Assembly: GCA_963827165.1 (NCBI GenBank)
Contig: CAWGZR010000007.1
Location: forward strand, 1-54,892
Length of the DNA stretch: 54,892 nucleotides
From: Candidatus Bathyarchaeota archaeon
GTDB taxonomy: Archaea; Thermoproteota; Bathyarchaeia; Bathyarchaeales; Bathycorpusculaceae
Reading direction: 5' to 3'
Made by a program: the position numbers and the translations under genes
Notes under the pieces: generated by a model
Databases searched by the model: none
What the model was told of the DNA's origin: nothing
What the model saw: the letters and a program-made list of their open reading frames with translations, nothing else
Shown: positions 27,892 through 37,213 of the stretch, piece after piece
How positions within the stretch are numbered: the first letter of the stretch is position 1
Layout: the number at the start of each line of letters is the position of its first letter

Positions 27892-29376
27892 CCTAACTTT
27901 TAGCTCGTTTTTATACACTACGGACGATCATGATTTTTGATGGTGCTTTCCCATGCCTCTGTTGGAGGATGCGAAAATTTAAAATATGTAGTGCATAGTA
28001 TTTACACTACATGCCATTCGTCAGAAGAATCAAAACAACCTCAGGAACCTACCTTGCGCTTGTAGAGTCCAAAAGAGTAAACGGAAAGCCAAGGCAACAC
28101 GTCATCAAATACCTGGGCAAGGAAGTCGAAGGCAAAGCAGCTAAGAAAAGTATTCACCAACAACGTCAAAATAACCAGCGTCAAACGCCACCTCGACGTA
28201 GAAATCATCGACCAACTCGCAAACCAACTGGGATTAAAACAGCTGCTTCCAACAGCCGCCCTCATCCTCGCATACGGTCAGCTGCTTGAAAGACCATCCA
28301 TAAATAAAATGGAGCAGTGGCTGGACGAAACCGACATACTTCAAACCCTCGGATTAGAGAAAATAACAGCCACGCAACTCTATGAAGCTCTTGAACAGCT
28401 TCAGGAGGTAGACTTCTGCAAGATTGAAGAGAGCCTTGCCGCTCGACTCTCAAAACATGAGGGCAAACGCTCCTTGGTGATAGACGTAACGGACACCTAC
28501 TTTGAGGGAGAAAGCCTCGATGAGGCGCCCAGACGCGGCAAAGACGGTAAAGTCCGAAAGCTCGTTCAGATAGCTTTGGCGGTTACTGAGAAATGGGGCT
28601 TTCCGATATTCCACAGGACCTTCGAGGGTAACATTAACGGCAAGCGCATGTTCATGGAGATGCTTGCATCTCTCGCCCGGTTGGGCTATGAGGGAATGAT
28701 CTTGGACAGAGGGTTCTGGTCGGCTGCAAACATTGAGGGGGCGCTTGCCCTGAACCAAAAAGTGATATGCGGCGTGGTAAAGGACAGGCACTTCAAGGCA
28801 GTTCTGAGTGGTGTTGATAAAGCGAAGTTGTATGCGAGGGAGAATCGTGTCGCACTCAAGAACACCAAAGTCTATGTGATGTCGACGGACTATAAAACTG
28901 GCAAGCTGCTGGTTATTTATAATCCGTACATAGATGTGGCTAGGCGCGAGAGCCTCTACGATAGGGGTGGGGAAGAAGGTGATGCTGCTTTTCTTGGTTA
29001 CTCACTGATTTTCCACAATACGGATTTAGGGGTTGGTGAAGTTGTGGGGAAGTATTTTGATAAGGACGTTGTTGAGCGGTCTTTTAAGCAGTTGAAGGGG
29101 ATTTTGTCGCTTAGGCCAGTGCGTGTTTGGCTCAGGTCTCATGTGGAGGCGCATATTAAGATATGTTATGTTGCTTATGCGATTCTTTCACTTCTTCAGT
29201 TTGAGGTTGCGGGGTTGGATATTTCGGCGGTGGAGGCTCTTGAAGTTATCAGGCCAGGTTATAGGGTGAAGCTTAAGGACGTAGCCAGCGGCTTTGAGTG
29301 GGAAGCTTTCGTTGAGTTGAAAAAAGTTCAAGAAAGAATAAGAAATGTAGTGTATAAAAATGGCTAAAAACTCAGG
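27892..29376 (+). mobile_element. IS1634-family insertion sequence, 1485 bp, 6-bp TSD TAATTA
   Basis: Left end CCTAACTTTTAGCTCGTTTTTATACACTAC vs reverse-complemented right end CCTGAGTTTTTAGCCATTTTTATACACTAC; TAATTA at 27886-91 and 29377-82. Confidence 0.92.
28011..29367 (+). CDS. IS1634-family DDE transposase, 1-nt frameshift near 28143
   Basis: N-terminal Y..LVES.R.NGKPRQ..IKYLG; IDVTD.YFEG, LDRGF, VERSFKQLK, LRPVR.W...VEAHI.IC. Confidence 0.9.
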
Positions 29377-30282
29377 TAATTAGAAAAGACGTCGACGGCA
29401 CTTTTCATTTGACGCCTTTCGGCGAAGAAGCATTAAACATGCTAAAAGGCTACAGCTTTCTCTCCAAAAACAGAGAATACCTGCTGCATCATTCCCCTTC
29501 CCTGTTGCCCGAAACGTTCAGAGCAAGCCTTAGCGTCCTCGACAATTTCACCTATGTCAACGACATAATGATTGCTTTTCACGATGTAGAAAAAATGATT
29601 GAGAGAGCTGAAAAACTTGTTTGGATCATGACAAATCAAATCCTAGTAAGCACTCTTCCCTACATTGTGCAGGAACTGGAAAGAGGAGGGGAATTCAGAC
29701 TTCTTATGCCAAAAAATTATCAAATGTCAAACGAAATGTTGCAGTCAACGAGCCACCCCATTTTTGAAAAAGCCCTTCGCAGCAAAAAGTTAGACATGCG
29801 TTTTCTTGACAAAGTGGATTTCTTTTTGTGTATGTCAGAAAAAGAGGTCGGCGCGTTTGCTTTTCCTAATGTTGAAGGCAAACCAGATTACAGCGGAAGC
29901 TTTAGAGCCGAAGACCAATCTGCCATTGAGTGGGCAAAAGATCTGTATATGCACTACTGGCAAAAAGGCAGTGATGAATTTCCATATCGCATAGTGGACC
30001 ACTAGCGCACTGATTCTTTTGGACCTTATAATCAATCGCGTCAATTTCGGCAAAAGGCGGCACCTTGAGGTCTTGTCGCTGTCTTAAATTAGTTTATCAT
30101 TTAGAAGGAGTCTCGGACATATGTGTATAACAGTAGCTGTTAATGTCAAGGCTTTCAACATAAAATTTTTTCTGTATTGACTAAATTGCCAAATTACTGT
30201 TATTATGACTATTTGTTGTCGGCTTTATGCAACAACATTTCCTTATACTCAGCGGTTCATCTATCTGAAGGAGGTGTAAAAA

Positions 30283-31404
30283 ATGAAAAGAAAATTTTTA
30301 GCAATTTTGAGCATTATAATTGTGGCATTGTCAACATTTGCGGTTGCAAGTTTTGTCGCTGCAGGATTTGGAAATGCTGGAACAGTCTACACTATTGATA
30401 ACGCAGCATCTAATAACGTTCTATACTATAGCAGAGCCTGGGACGGGTCACTTACATTGGGTGGTTCAGTTTCAACAACTGGTTCGGGAACTGCATCTGC
30501 ACTTGCTAGCCAAGGAGCGGTAGTACTCTCAAATGATGGCCGCTTCCTTATCGTTGTTGACGCTGGAAGCAACCAGATCTCGGTTTTCATGGTGCAAAAC
30601 AACGGAGTCCCCGTTTTTAGTTCAATAATAAGTTCGCATGGAACTATGCCGATTAGTCTGACAGCCTACAATAATTGGGTTTATGTGCTGAATGCGGGCG
30701 GAACTGGAAACATCGCAGGATTTTGGCTAAGCAATTCGGGTACATTAAGCTACATAGCAGGGTCAATTCAACCTCTGAGTGCAACATCTGGCACTTCTGC
30801 GGAGCAGATAGGATTCAACCCGGACGGAAATGTGCTGGTTGTAACAGAAAAAGGCACAAACATGATTGATACATACTTAGTAAACTCGATGGGAGTGGCC
30901 AGTGCTCCGACAACTCATCTTTCAGTTGGCGATGGACCCTATGGATTTGCATTTACAGGCGATGACACGTTGGTTATCAGCGAAGCTGCTGGGGGTCTTG
31001 GAACTACTGGTCTGGGCATGTATGACGGCACTTTGTCTTCATATGTCCTTTCTGACCAAGGGAACTTGAGAACTATCAGCGGTTCTATGCCTACTTTTGG
31101 TGCGGCACCATGCTGGGTAGCAATAGATAAAGATGGAAGCTTTGTCTACACTTCTGACGCCCACGAAGGAACCATATCTACCTTCTCAATTACGGGAACA
31201 GCCACATTAACCCTGACAAGTTCCGTGGAAGCAAAACTTAACATACCCACACTTGATTTGGCATTCAGCAGAAACAGCCAATTCCTCTACGCTCTTAACG
31301 GTGGCAGCATAACTGGCTTCAAAGTATACAATGACGGAAGCTTATGGCAAGTAACATCAGTCAGCTCAGTTCCGGCCTCAGCCGCAGGATTAGCAGCAAC
31401 TTAG
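30283..31404 (+). CDS. Secreted lactonase-family 7-bladed beta-propeller
   Basis: Signal peptide; SQG.V.LS.DG.FL.VVDAGSN.IS.F, PYGFAF, APCWV motifs. Confidence 0.8.
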   Translation: MKRKFLAILSIIIVALSTFAVASFVAAGFGNAGTVYTIDNAASNNVLYYSRAWDGSLTLGGSVSTTGSGTASALASQGAVVLSNDGRFLIVVDAGSNQISVFMVQNNGVPVFSSIISSHGTMPISLTAYNNWVYVLNAGGTGNIAGFWLSNSGTLSYIAGSIQPLSATSGTSAEQIGFNPDGNVLVVTEKGTNMIDTYLVNSMGVASAPTTHLSVGDGPYGFAFTGDDTLVISEAAGGLGTTGLGMYDGTLSSYVLSDQGNLRTISGSMPTFGAAPCWVAIDKDGSFVYTSDAHEGTISTFSITGTATLTLTSSVEAKLNIPTLDLAFSRNSQFLYALNGGSITGFKVYNDGSLWQVTSVSSVPASAAGLAAT

Positions 31405-31500
31405 AACTACGAAAAAATGGAAAATCATTTCTTCCCATTTTTATTTATCTCTTAAAAAATAAAAAATTTTTGATTTCTCCTGAACGTTAATATTTCTTTT

Positions 31501-31713
31501 TTGGAGGTGATTTTTTTGGAAAACAAAACACAAACGGTTGAGACCAAGAAAATGAGATCATTCACTTGCCCCACCTGTGGATGGACGGTGATATCACCTT
31601 TCGGCGATGATGACATAATGGAAGATGTTATACTCCATTCAAAGAATCATCATGGTGGTGGGGTAACTCAAAGCAACGCTGAAAGTGTGAAGAAAAGGAT
31701 TAAGGATGTGTAG
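31501..31713 (+). CDS. Small CxxC/HxxxH zinc-binding protein (DUF1059-like)
   Basis: FTCPTCGW...HSKNHH. Confidence 0.6.
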   Translation: MEVIFLENKTQTVETKKMRSFTCPTCGWTVISPFGDDDIMEDVILHSKNHHGGGVTQSNAESVKKRIKDV

Positions 31714-31821
31714 AATTTAAACCTCGAAAATCTTGAAAAGGTGAAGAGGACTTTTGGGACGTACTTGGAGTTACGGCTTGCGCTTGACCGATTGGTATAA
31801 AGTACTTCATAATATTTCAAG

Positions 31822-32400
31822 ATGAATGATATGTTGGTGATTGTTAAGGATGCGCCATTTAAGGTTGCTTGGGAAGCTCTCGCGTGGAAAGGAACCGAAT
31901 ATGGTACAATCAGATATGAAGAAGACGGCTACGTTGTCGATGGCAAAATAGATGGCACCTTAAATGAACGATCTTTTGATATAGAATATGAGATAGACGT
32001 CAATTCTCAATGGCAGACAATTTTGGTAAAGATTAGTTGGCTGATGGGCGTTAAAAAGAGCCTGTGCCTGCACGTAGAAGGAAAAGATAATTGGTTAAAT
32101 TCAATGTCTAGAGTTCTTAAGAAGTTTTCAGGATGTAGTGATGTAGATATTTCTTTATCAGCGTTTACTAATACTTTGCCTATACGCAGACTTGATTTCA
32201 GAGACAATTCCAGGCAGACTATCAAAGTAGTATACATTGATCTGCCGAGCGGCAAACTCAAGCCTTTGCGTCAATGGTATACACAACTGACGAATAGGAG
32301 CTACAGGTATGAAGACGAAAACGGATATAGTAATGTCATTTCTGTTGACAATAACGGTTTGGTAGTTGATTACCCGGGGCTTTTTAGGCGAAAATTCTAA
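31822..32400 (+). CDS. Putative glycolipid-binding domain protein
   Basis: GC.DVDI..S.FTNTLPIRRL, Q.YT, VD..GLVVDYPGLF. Confidence 0.85.
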   Translation: MNDMLVIVKDAPFKVAWEALAWKGTEYGTIRYEEDGYVVDGKIDGTLNERSFDIEYEIDVNSQWQTILVKISWLMGVKKSLCLHVEGKDNWLNSMSRVLKKFSGCSDVDISLSAFTNTLPIRRLDFRDNSRQTIKVVYIDLPSGKLKPLRQWYTQLTNRSYRYEDENGYSNVISVDNNGLVVDYPGLFRRKF

Positions 32401-32489
32401 TTAGGAGCCACAATATTAGTCAATCTTGAAAAAACGATAGGTCCCAGACGGAGCGCGCGGTTTTATATTGGGATTTGATTAATCACTCT

Positions 32490-32900
32490 TTGCCGAAATA
32501 TTCGGATAAGCCTGAGAAATGGGACATGCGGTCTTTGTTGGGAATAGCGACGTTTCTTGGAGTAATCTGGATATTCTCTTCTTTCGGAGTGCTCTATATC
32601 GGATTAGTTGTACTGAAGTTAAACCCACTCGTGCGCCAATCGCCTATATACCTAAAGCTTTCAGTTTGCTGGCCACTTAACTGTTTTTGTTGCGAGGACC
32701 GAGGACCACTTTTGGTCGGTGAAACCGGCAAAAATGATTCTCTTTCCAATCATTCCTACTCAAATTACCGCTACAATAATTACGGTGCACGGCATTCTGC
32801 TTCCCGCCATGGCTGAGGGCTACCGCTCTAGCTTGGGGTTATGCGTTGCTCCTCTTTGTCATGACAGATTTTGCCAAAGGAAGATTTTACAGCTACTGAA
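32490..32900 (+). pseudogene. Degraded C-terminal fragment of a P3A H+-ATPase
   Basis: KYSDKPEKWDMRSLLGIATFLG..SSF..QS.IYLKLSV parallels EKPVRWNMRGVL..SSF..QSLIFLKMAV in 39041..41608; multiple frameshifts. Confidence 0.75.
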
Positions 32901-33803
32901 TCGCGAGGGCAAAAAGTTGAAAGAGACGTGGCCGCCAACGTTCTCAGAACAGTAACACCCGATATGACCTTTGCTTTCTACAGGGATCATGGGCAACCTC
33001 TCGGCGTTACCTCAAAAAGCTTGGACGACTTGCCGCCAGCCTGAAGAATATCGAGCCATCTTCAGTGAGGTTCCATTTTGAAGAGGGAGACTTTGAAAAT
33101 GGGTTCACGATGATGGGAGACAATCGCTGGCAGGCCAAATGGCCGCATTGCGCGGCAAGAACATTTCTTCGGATAAGCTGAAGAAGAAGGTGAGTTCGAT
33201 GGTCAATAAGCGTGTGTCGGACAGTTACACAAATCATCAAGACGAAGGAAAGCGGCGCGCAAGCGCTCCCTGCAAGACAGGTAACTTGAGCTGGATAGAC
33301 AGTTTCTTTTCCGCCTCACCGCTTAAGCAGCGACTTTTAGAATCTTTCAAAGAGGGATTGCACCTAATCCGTGCGCGCTGAGATATGAAGATATTTCAAA
33401 ATCACATTCTGAAGCATCTTCTTGGACTAAAGACCAAGAAGAATATTCTTACAGGTATTTTCTGATCGATGGATAGTTTCACCTAAGCATTTGAGACTTC
33501 ATCAGAATTTTAAATACGAAACTTCAATGAATCTCATGATGAAGTTTTGTGCCTGTTTGGGGGGTAAATACTTCTACGTTACTTTTGAAAATATTTGCGA
33601 AGAGATTTGCGAATTTACATTTGACTATTTTTTCTCGTGATGGAGGCAGCATCTCTTGCGACTGGAGCATCAAACACGTCACCCAAGCGTCGTTTGTTGA
33701 TAGAAGCGAGGAATCAGGAAAGACGCGAGGCACTGGAGAAGTAAATGGCCAGACTGACAAAAAGCGTTAACGACAAATGTAAGTCCAAATCCCTATTGAT
33801 CGC

Positions 33804-35015
33804 CTATCCAGATAGCCCTATCTTCGATTGCCTCATATTTAGTATCGAACCGACTGTTGTGACCATGTTAGTAAGAATAATTATGTAGGTTACGATGTTT
33901 AGGAAGGTGTCTGCGAGTGGCAACTGGAGACTTACAGCTAGGACGCCGAGTGTGGCAGGGGTCAGACCCATAGCGCACGTAAGGATTATCTGCTTTCTTT
34001 CGTTGTTTAGTTCAGATTTGAAAGTCGAGATTTTTACGGCTACAAATCTGGTTAAGAGAAGCATGATAAGAATCAGAAGTCCTATTGACAGGTTGCTTAC
34101 GACTAAAGCAGGGGTAATTATGAAAGTCAATCCCAGAAAGACAAAGAACAAAGTTTCCAAAAAAAATGAAATTTCCCCTTGAAACACTTCGAGCTGCTTC
34201 TCAAGAGGATCCATGTTTATTTGTCTTTTGAAAACTCTATTTAAGAGGTGATAGTTTCCAAGAATTATGCCGAAGATAAGAACAGCAAGAATGCCATTGC
34301 CTCCCAGGACAGTACTCAACGAGTACGTGATCAAGACAAAACCGATAGTTAAGACGTAAGTCAATCCTTGCTTCTGGAAACGATACAATAAGAAAACCCA
34401 TGGCAGACTTAGGACAAAACCTATCGCTATTCCAATCAGAAACTGTGCTGATATGCTGGAAACAATTGAAACCCAACCAATTCCTCCGTTATTGTAGATT
34501 CCTACAAAAGCAAAGAAAAACACCACGGACAAAATGGAGTTCATTGCAGATTCCAGGGTAAGAAACGTCACGGCTCCCTCTGAAAGTTTCATCGCCCTAG
34601 AGAGAGGCACAACGACTGCAGCAGTAGTTTCTCCGCCAATGATCGAAGCAAAGATGAATGATGACAGAACATTCCATTTTAAGATGAAAATTCCGATAAG
34701 CCCAATTAACATCATGCTAAACCCGACATAGATTACTGTCTGAATGAAAGCTCTGCCTCCGTTTGCAAGAACTGAGCTAAAATTCAAGCCTAATCCACCG
34801 TAAAAGAGAACCATAAACAAGGTTAGTTCAGCAAAAATAGCAAGTTCCGGAATTAACGATTCTCTTGGGAAGAGGTTTAGAATTGGGCCAAGAATGATTC
34901 CTGCGAGTATGAGGAAAATATAAATGGGTATACCGGTTTTCTTGAAGAATAATTCACCTACAAAGCCTAGGACGATGATTCCAGCAACCAAGGCAAAAAT
35001 AACGGATACATCCAT
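33804..35015 (-). CDS. CPA1/NhaP-type cation:proton antiporter
   Basis: GIILGP, LFYGGL, ETTAAVV, LESAMN, FFVFLG, GLTPATL; about 12-13 TM. Confidence 0.88.
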   Translation of the reverse strand: MDVSVIFALVAGIIVLGFVGELFFKKTGIPIYIFLILAGIILGPILNLFPRESLIPELAIFAELTLFMVLFYGGLGLNFSSVLANGGRAFIQTVIYVGFSMMLIGLIGIFILKWNVLSSFIFASIIGGETTAAVVVPLSRAMKLSEGAVTFLTLESAMNSILSVVFFFAFVGIYNNGGIGWVSIVSSISAQFLIGIAIGFVLSLPWVFLLYRFQKQGLTYVLTIGFVLITYSLSTVLGGNGILAVLIFGIILGNYHLLNRVFKRQINMDPLEKQLEVFQGEISFFLETLFFVFLGLTFIITPALVVSNLSIGLLILIMLLLTRFVAVKISTFKSELNNERKQIILTCAMGLTPATLGVLAVSLQLPLADTFLNIVTYIIILTNMVTTVGSILNMRQSKIGLSG

Positions 35016-35034
35016 CTTTTTCCACCACCCATCT

Positions 35035-36252
35035 TCAAGGAGTTAACGGTTTGGCTTCAGTTTCTCTTTGGCTTAAAATTGCTCCAACTGTCGTAACAAT
35101 GTTAGTGAGAATGATAATGTAGGTTACGATGTTGACGAACGTGTTTGAATGTGGCAACTGAAGACTTACAGCAAGAATGGCAAGGGTAGCTGGGGTAAGT
35201 CCTTGGGCACACATTAGCAATATCTTCCTTTTCTCATTCGATAAGGGTGACTTGAAAGTTGATGCGTGTATTGCCACAAATCTGACTGCGAGAAGTAAGA
35301 AAAGAATCACAATCGCAATTGACAGGTTAGTGGCGATATGGGATGGAGTAATTACGAAAAGCAAGCCCAGAGAAACAAATAATAGAGTTGTGAGAAGAAA
35401 GGAAATTTCCTGTTGAAATACTCCAAGCTGACTTTGAAGGGTATCTAAGTTCATTTGTCTTCTGAAAAGTCTATTCACGAGGTAGTAGTTTCCAAAAACG
35501 ACTCCGAACACAAGCACGGCGAGCGTGCCATTGCCACCGAGTTGCGTAGTCAATGAATAAGTAATTAGGATAAGCCCCAATGTTAGGACGTAAGTGAATT
35601 TCTGTTTTTGAAAGCGAAAGAGCACGTAGATCCATGCCAGGCTCAAAATAGCGCCGAACACTATTCCAACGGAAAACTGTGAGGCGACGCTTGAAAAGGC
35701 TGCGGACAAATTGATTCCGGGGTTCGTATAGACTCCGACAAAAGTGAAGAAAAGCACGATGAGAAAAATGGAGTTTATTTCAGCTTCCATTTTTAGGAAT
35801 GACGACGTTGCTTCTGACAGTTTCATCCACTTTGAGACAGGTACAAGAAGCGCGGCTGTGGTTTCGCCTGATATCATAGAAGCGAAGATAAACGATGGTA
35901 TCACACCCCAATCCATTATGAAAATGCCTATCGCTGCAATCAAGATAGAGCTTAATCCGACGTAGATTACCGCTTGGATCAAAGCTCTTCCTCCATTTGC
36001 CAATAACACATTTGGCTTCAAGTCTAATCCACTGTAAAAAAGGACCATGAGAAGTGTCAGCTCCGCGAAGGGAGCAAGCACAGAAATTACTGATGCTCTC
36101 GGAAAAAAGTTCAGGATCGGTCCTATTATTATTCCTATCAGTATGAGGAAAATGAAAATGGGTATTCCCGTTTTCTTAAAGAAGAATTCTCCAGCAAAGC
36201 CAATGACTATGATTCCCGCAACCACTGCAAAAACAAGGGACGTATCCGTCAT
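35035..36252 (-). CDS. CPA1/NhaP-type cation:proton antiporter (tandem paralogue)
   Basis: Colinear and highly similar to 33804..35015. Confidence 0.88.
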   Translation of the reverse strand: MTDTSLVFAVVAGIIVIGFAGEFFFKKTGIPIFIFLILIGIIIGPILNFFPRASVISVLAPFAELTLLMVLFYSGLDLKPNVLLANGGRALIQAVIYVGLSSILIAAIGIFIMDWGVIPSFIFASMISGETTAALLVPVSKWMKLSEATSSFLKMEAEINSIFLIVLFFTFVGVYTNPGINLSAAFSSVASQFSVGIVFGAILSLAWIYVLFRFQKQKFTYVLTLGLILITYSLTTQLGGNGTLAVLVFGVVFGNYYLVNRLFRRQMNLDTLQSQLGVFQQEISFLLTTLLFVSLGLLFVITPSHIATNLSIAIVILFLLLAVRFVAIHASTFKSPLSNEKRKILLMCAQGLTPATLAILAVSLQLPHSNTFVNIVTYIIILTNIVTTVGAILSQRETEAKPLTP

Positions 36253-36610
36253 TTCACGCTCCGTTAATTATCTTATGTAAAATGTGGCTATTTTTGTTTT
36301 GCTAATTCCATAATTCCCAAACATGTTTTTGTGTGATTTTGAAGAGATTGAGGCGTCTCATGACTGCAGTAGCTTCGCAAATAACTTGGGATAGAAACAA
36401 CTCTTCGAGATTAAGCTATTTCGTGAAAAAAAGTTTAACGGTGTTAAAGCAGGCGTTAAAGTTGATACATTGGAAGCTGGATTTCATGATATCGCGGCAA
36501 AGTTGCCCGCTCAAGCAATAGAATCAAAATACCAGTACATATGCAAGACGCGCAAATTTTGCTGTTAGATAAGTTTTTAGAGAAATAACAAAAGAGACGT
36601 TTTATGGTGG

Positions 36611-36847
36611 TTATTTTTCTTCAACTATAATTATTGTAAGTGTTGAGCGTACTTTGTCCAGTCGTCGAATGCGCCAAGTTACTATTTCGCTTAATTTATC
36701 AATAGTGTTTGCATGACTTTTGCTACTATGCGTTTTAGAATCCGTAAACGGTGATACTTCCTCTACCCCTTCGACTTTCGTTAATTCTTTCGAAACGTCC
36801 GATTCTGAGCCTATCTCGGTGTTTATTAAAACAAAGGCTTTTGACAT
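36611..36847 (-). CDS. Lrp/AsnC ligand-binding (RAM) domain protein, central segment scrambled
   Basis: KAFVLINTEIGSE.DV..EL..VEGVEE..IRRLDKVRSTLT; expected VYG..I.AKV appears in shifted frames. Confidence 0.75.
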   Translation of the reverse strand: MSKAFVLINTEIGSESDVSKELTKVEGVEEVSPFTDSKTHSSKSHANTIDKLSEIVTWRIRRLDKVRSTLTIIIVEEK

Positions 36848-37213
36848 GCCGATTCAAGCATATAATAATTGATAATTGAGGTTAACATCAAAATGTTCTC
36901 TTGAAATCGCTAAAGTTAAATGTACACTTTGAGAGAAAGTAAATGTACAAGGCACATGCGCCGCTTCTGTTCCGTAGTAATCGGGCACGGATTAAAATTA
37001 GAGTACTATTGTATACGATAAAAGTTGTACCAAGCCTACAAGGGGCGGAGTTCATTTGGTTTACTTGCTCTTTTTCAACCCACATGAAAATAGACAGTAG
37101 TCTATGAGAACCTGGAGATCTCGTTTTTAATAATCTCTTTTGGATAAGTTTATGCGCGTCATTTATATTCGACTGTGACCTGCTCACCGTATCTAGAGAA
37201 GGATCAATAATTA

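Larger units (their letters stand above)
27712..30005 (+). pseudogene. ArsR-type HTH / DUF1724-like transcriptional regulator split by IS1634
   Basis: 27712-27891 MPDLEK..LFELSSSDRL..EASRNLARL..AKLI joins in frame to 29383+ RKDVDGTFHLTPFG.. once the IS and one TSD are removed. Confidence 0.88.

Noticed and set aside
28138-28152. Programmed frameshift in the transposase
   Set aside because: IS1634 transposases are normally a single ORF, the needed shift removes one base, and similar indels occur in non-mobile genes in this window.
33007-33770. Short ORFs between the ATPase relic and the antiporters
   Set aside because: No recognisable motifs and they overlap each other on both strands; probably decayed DNA.
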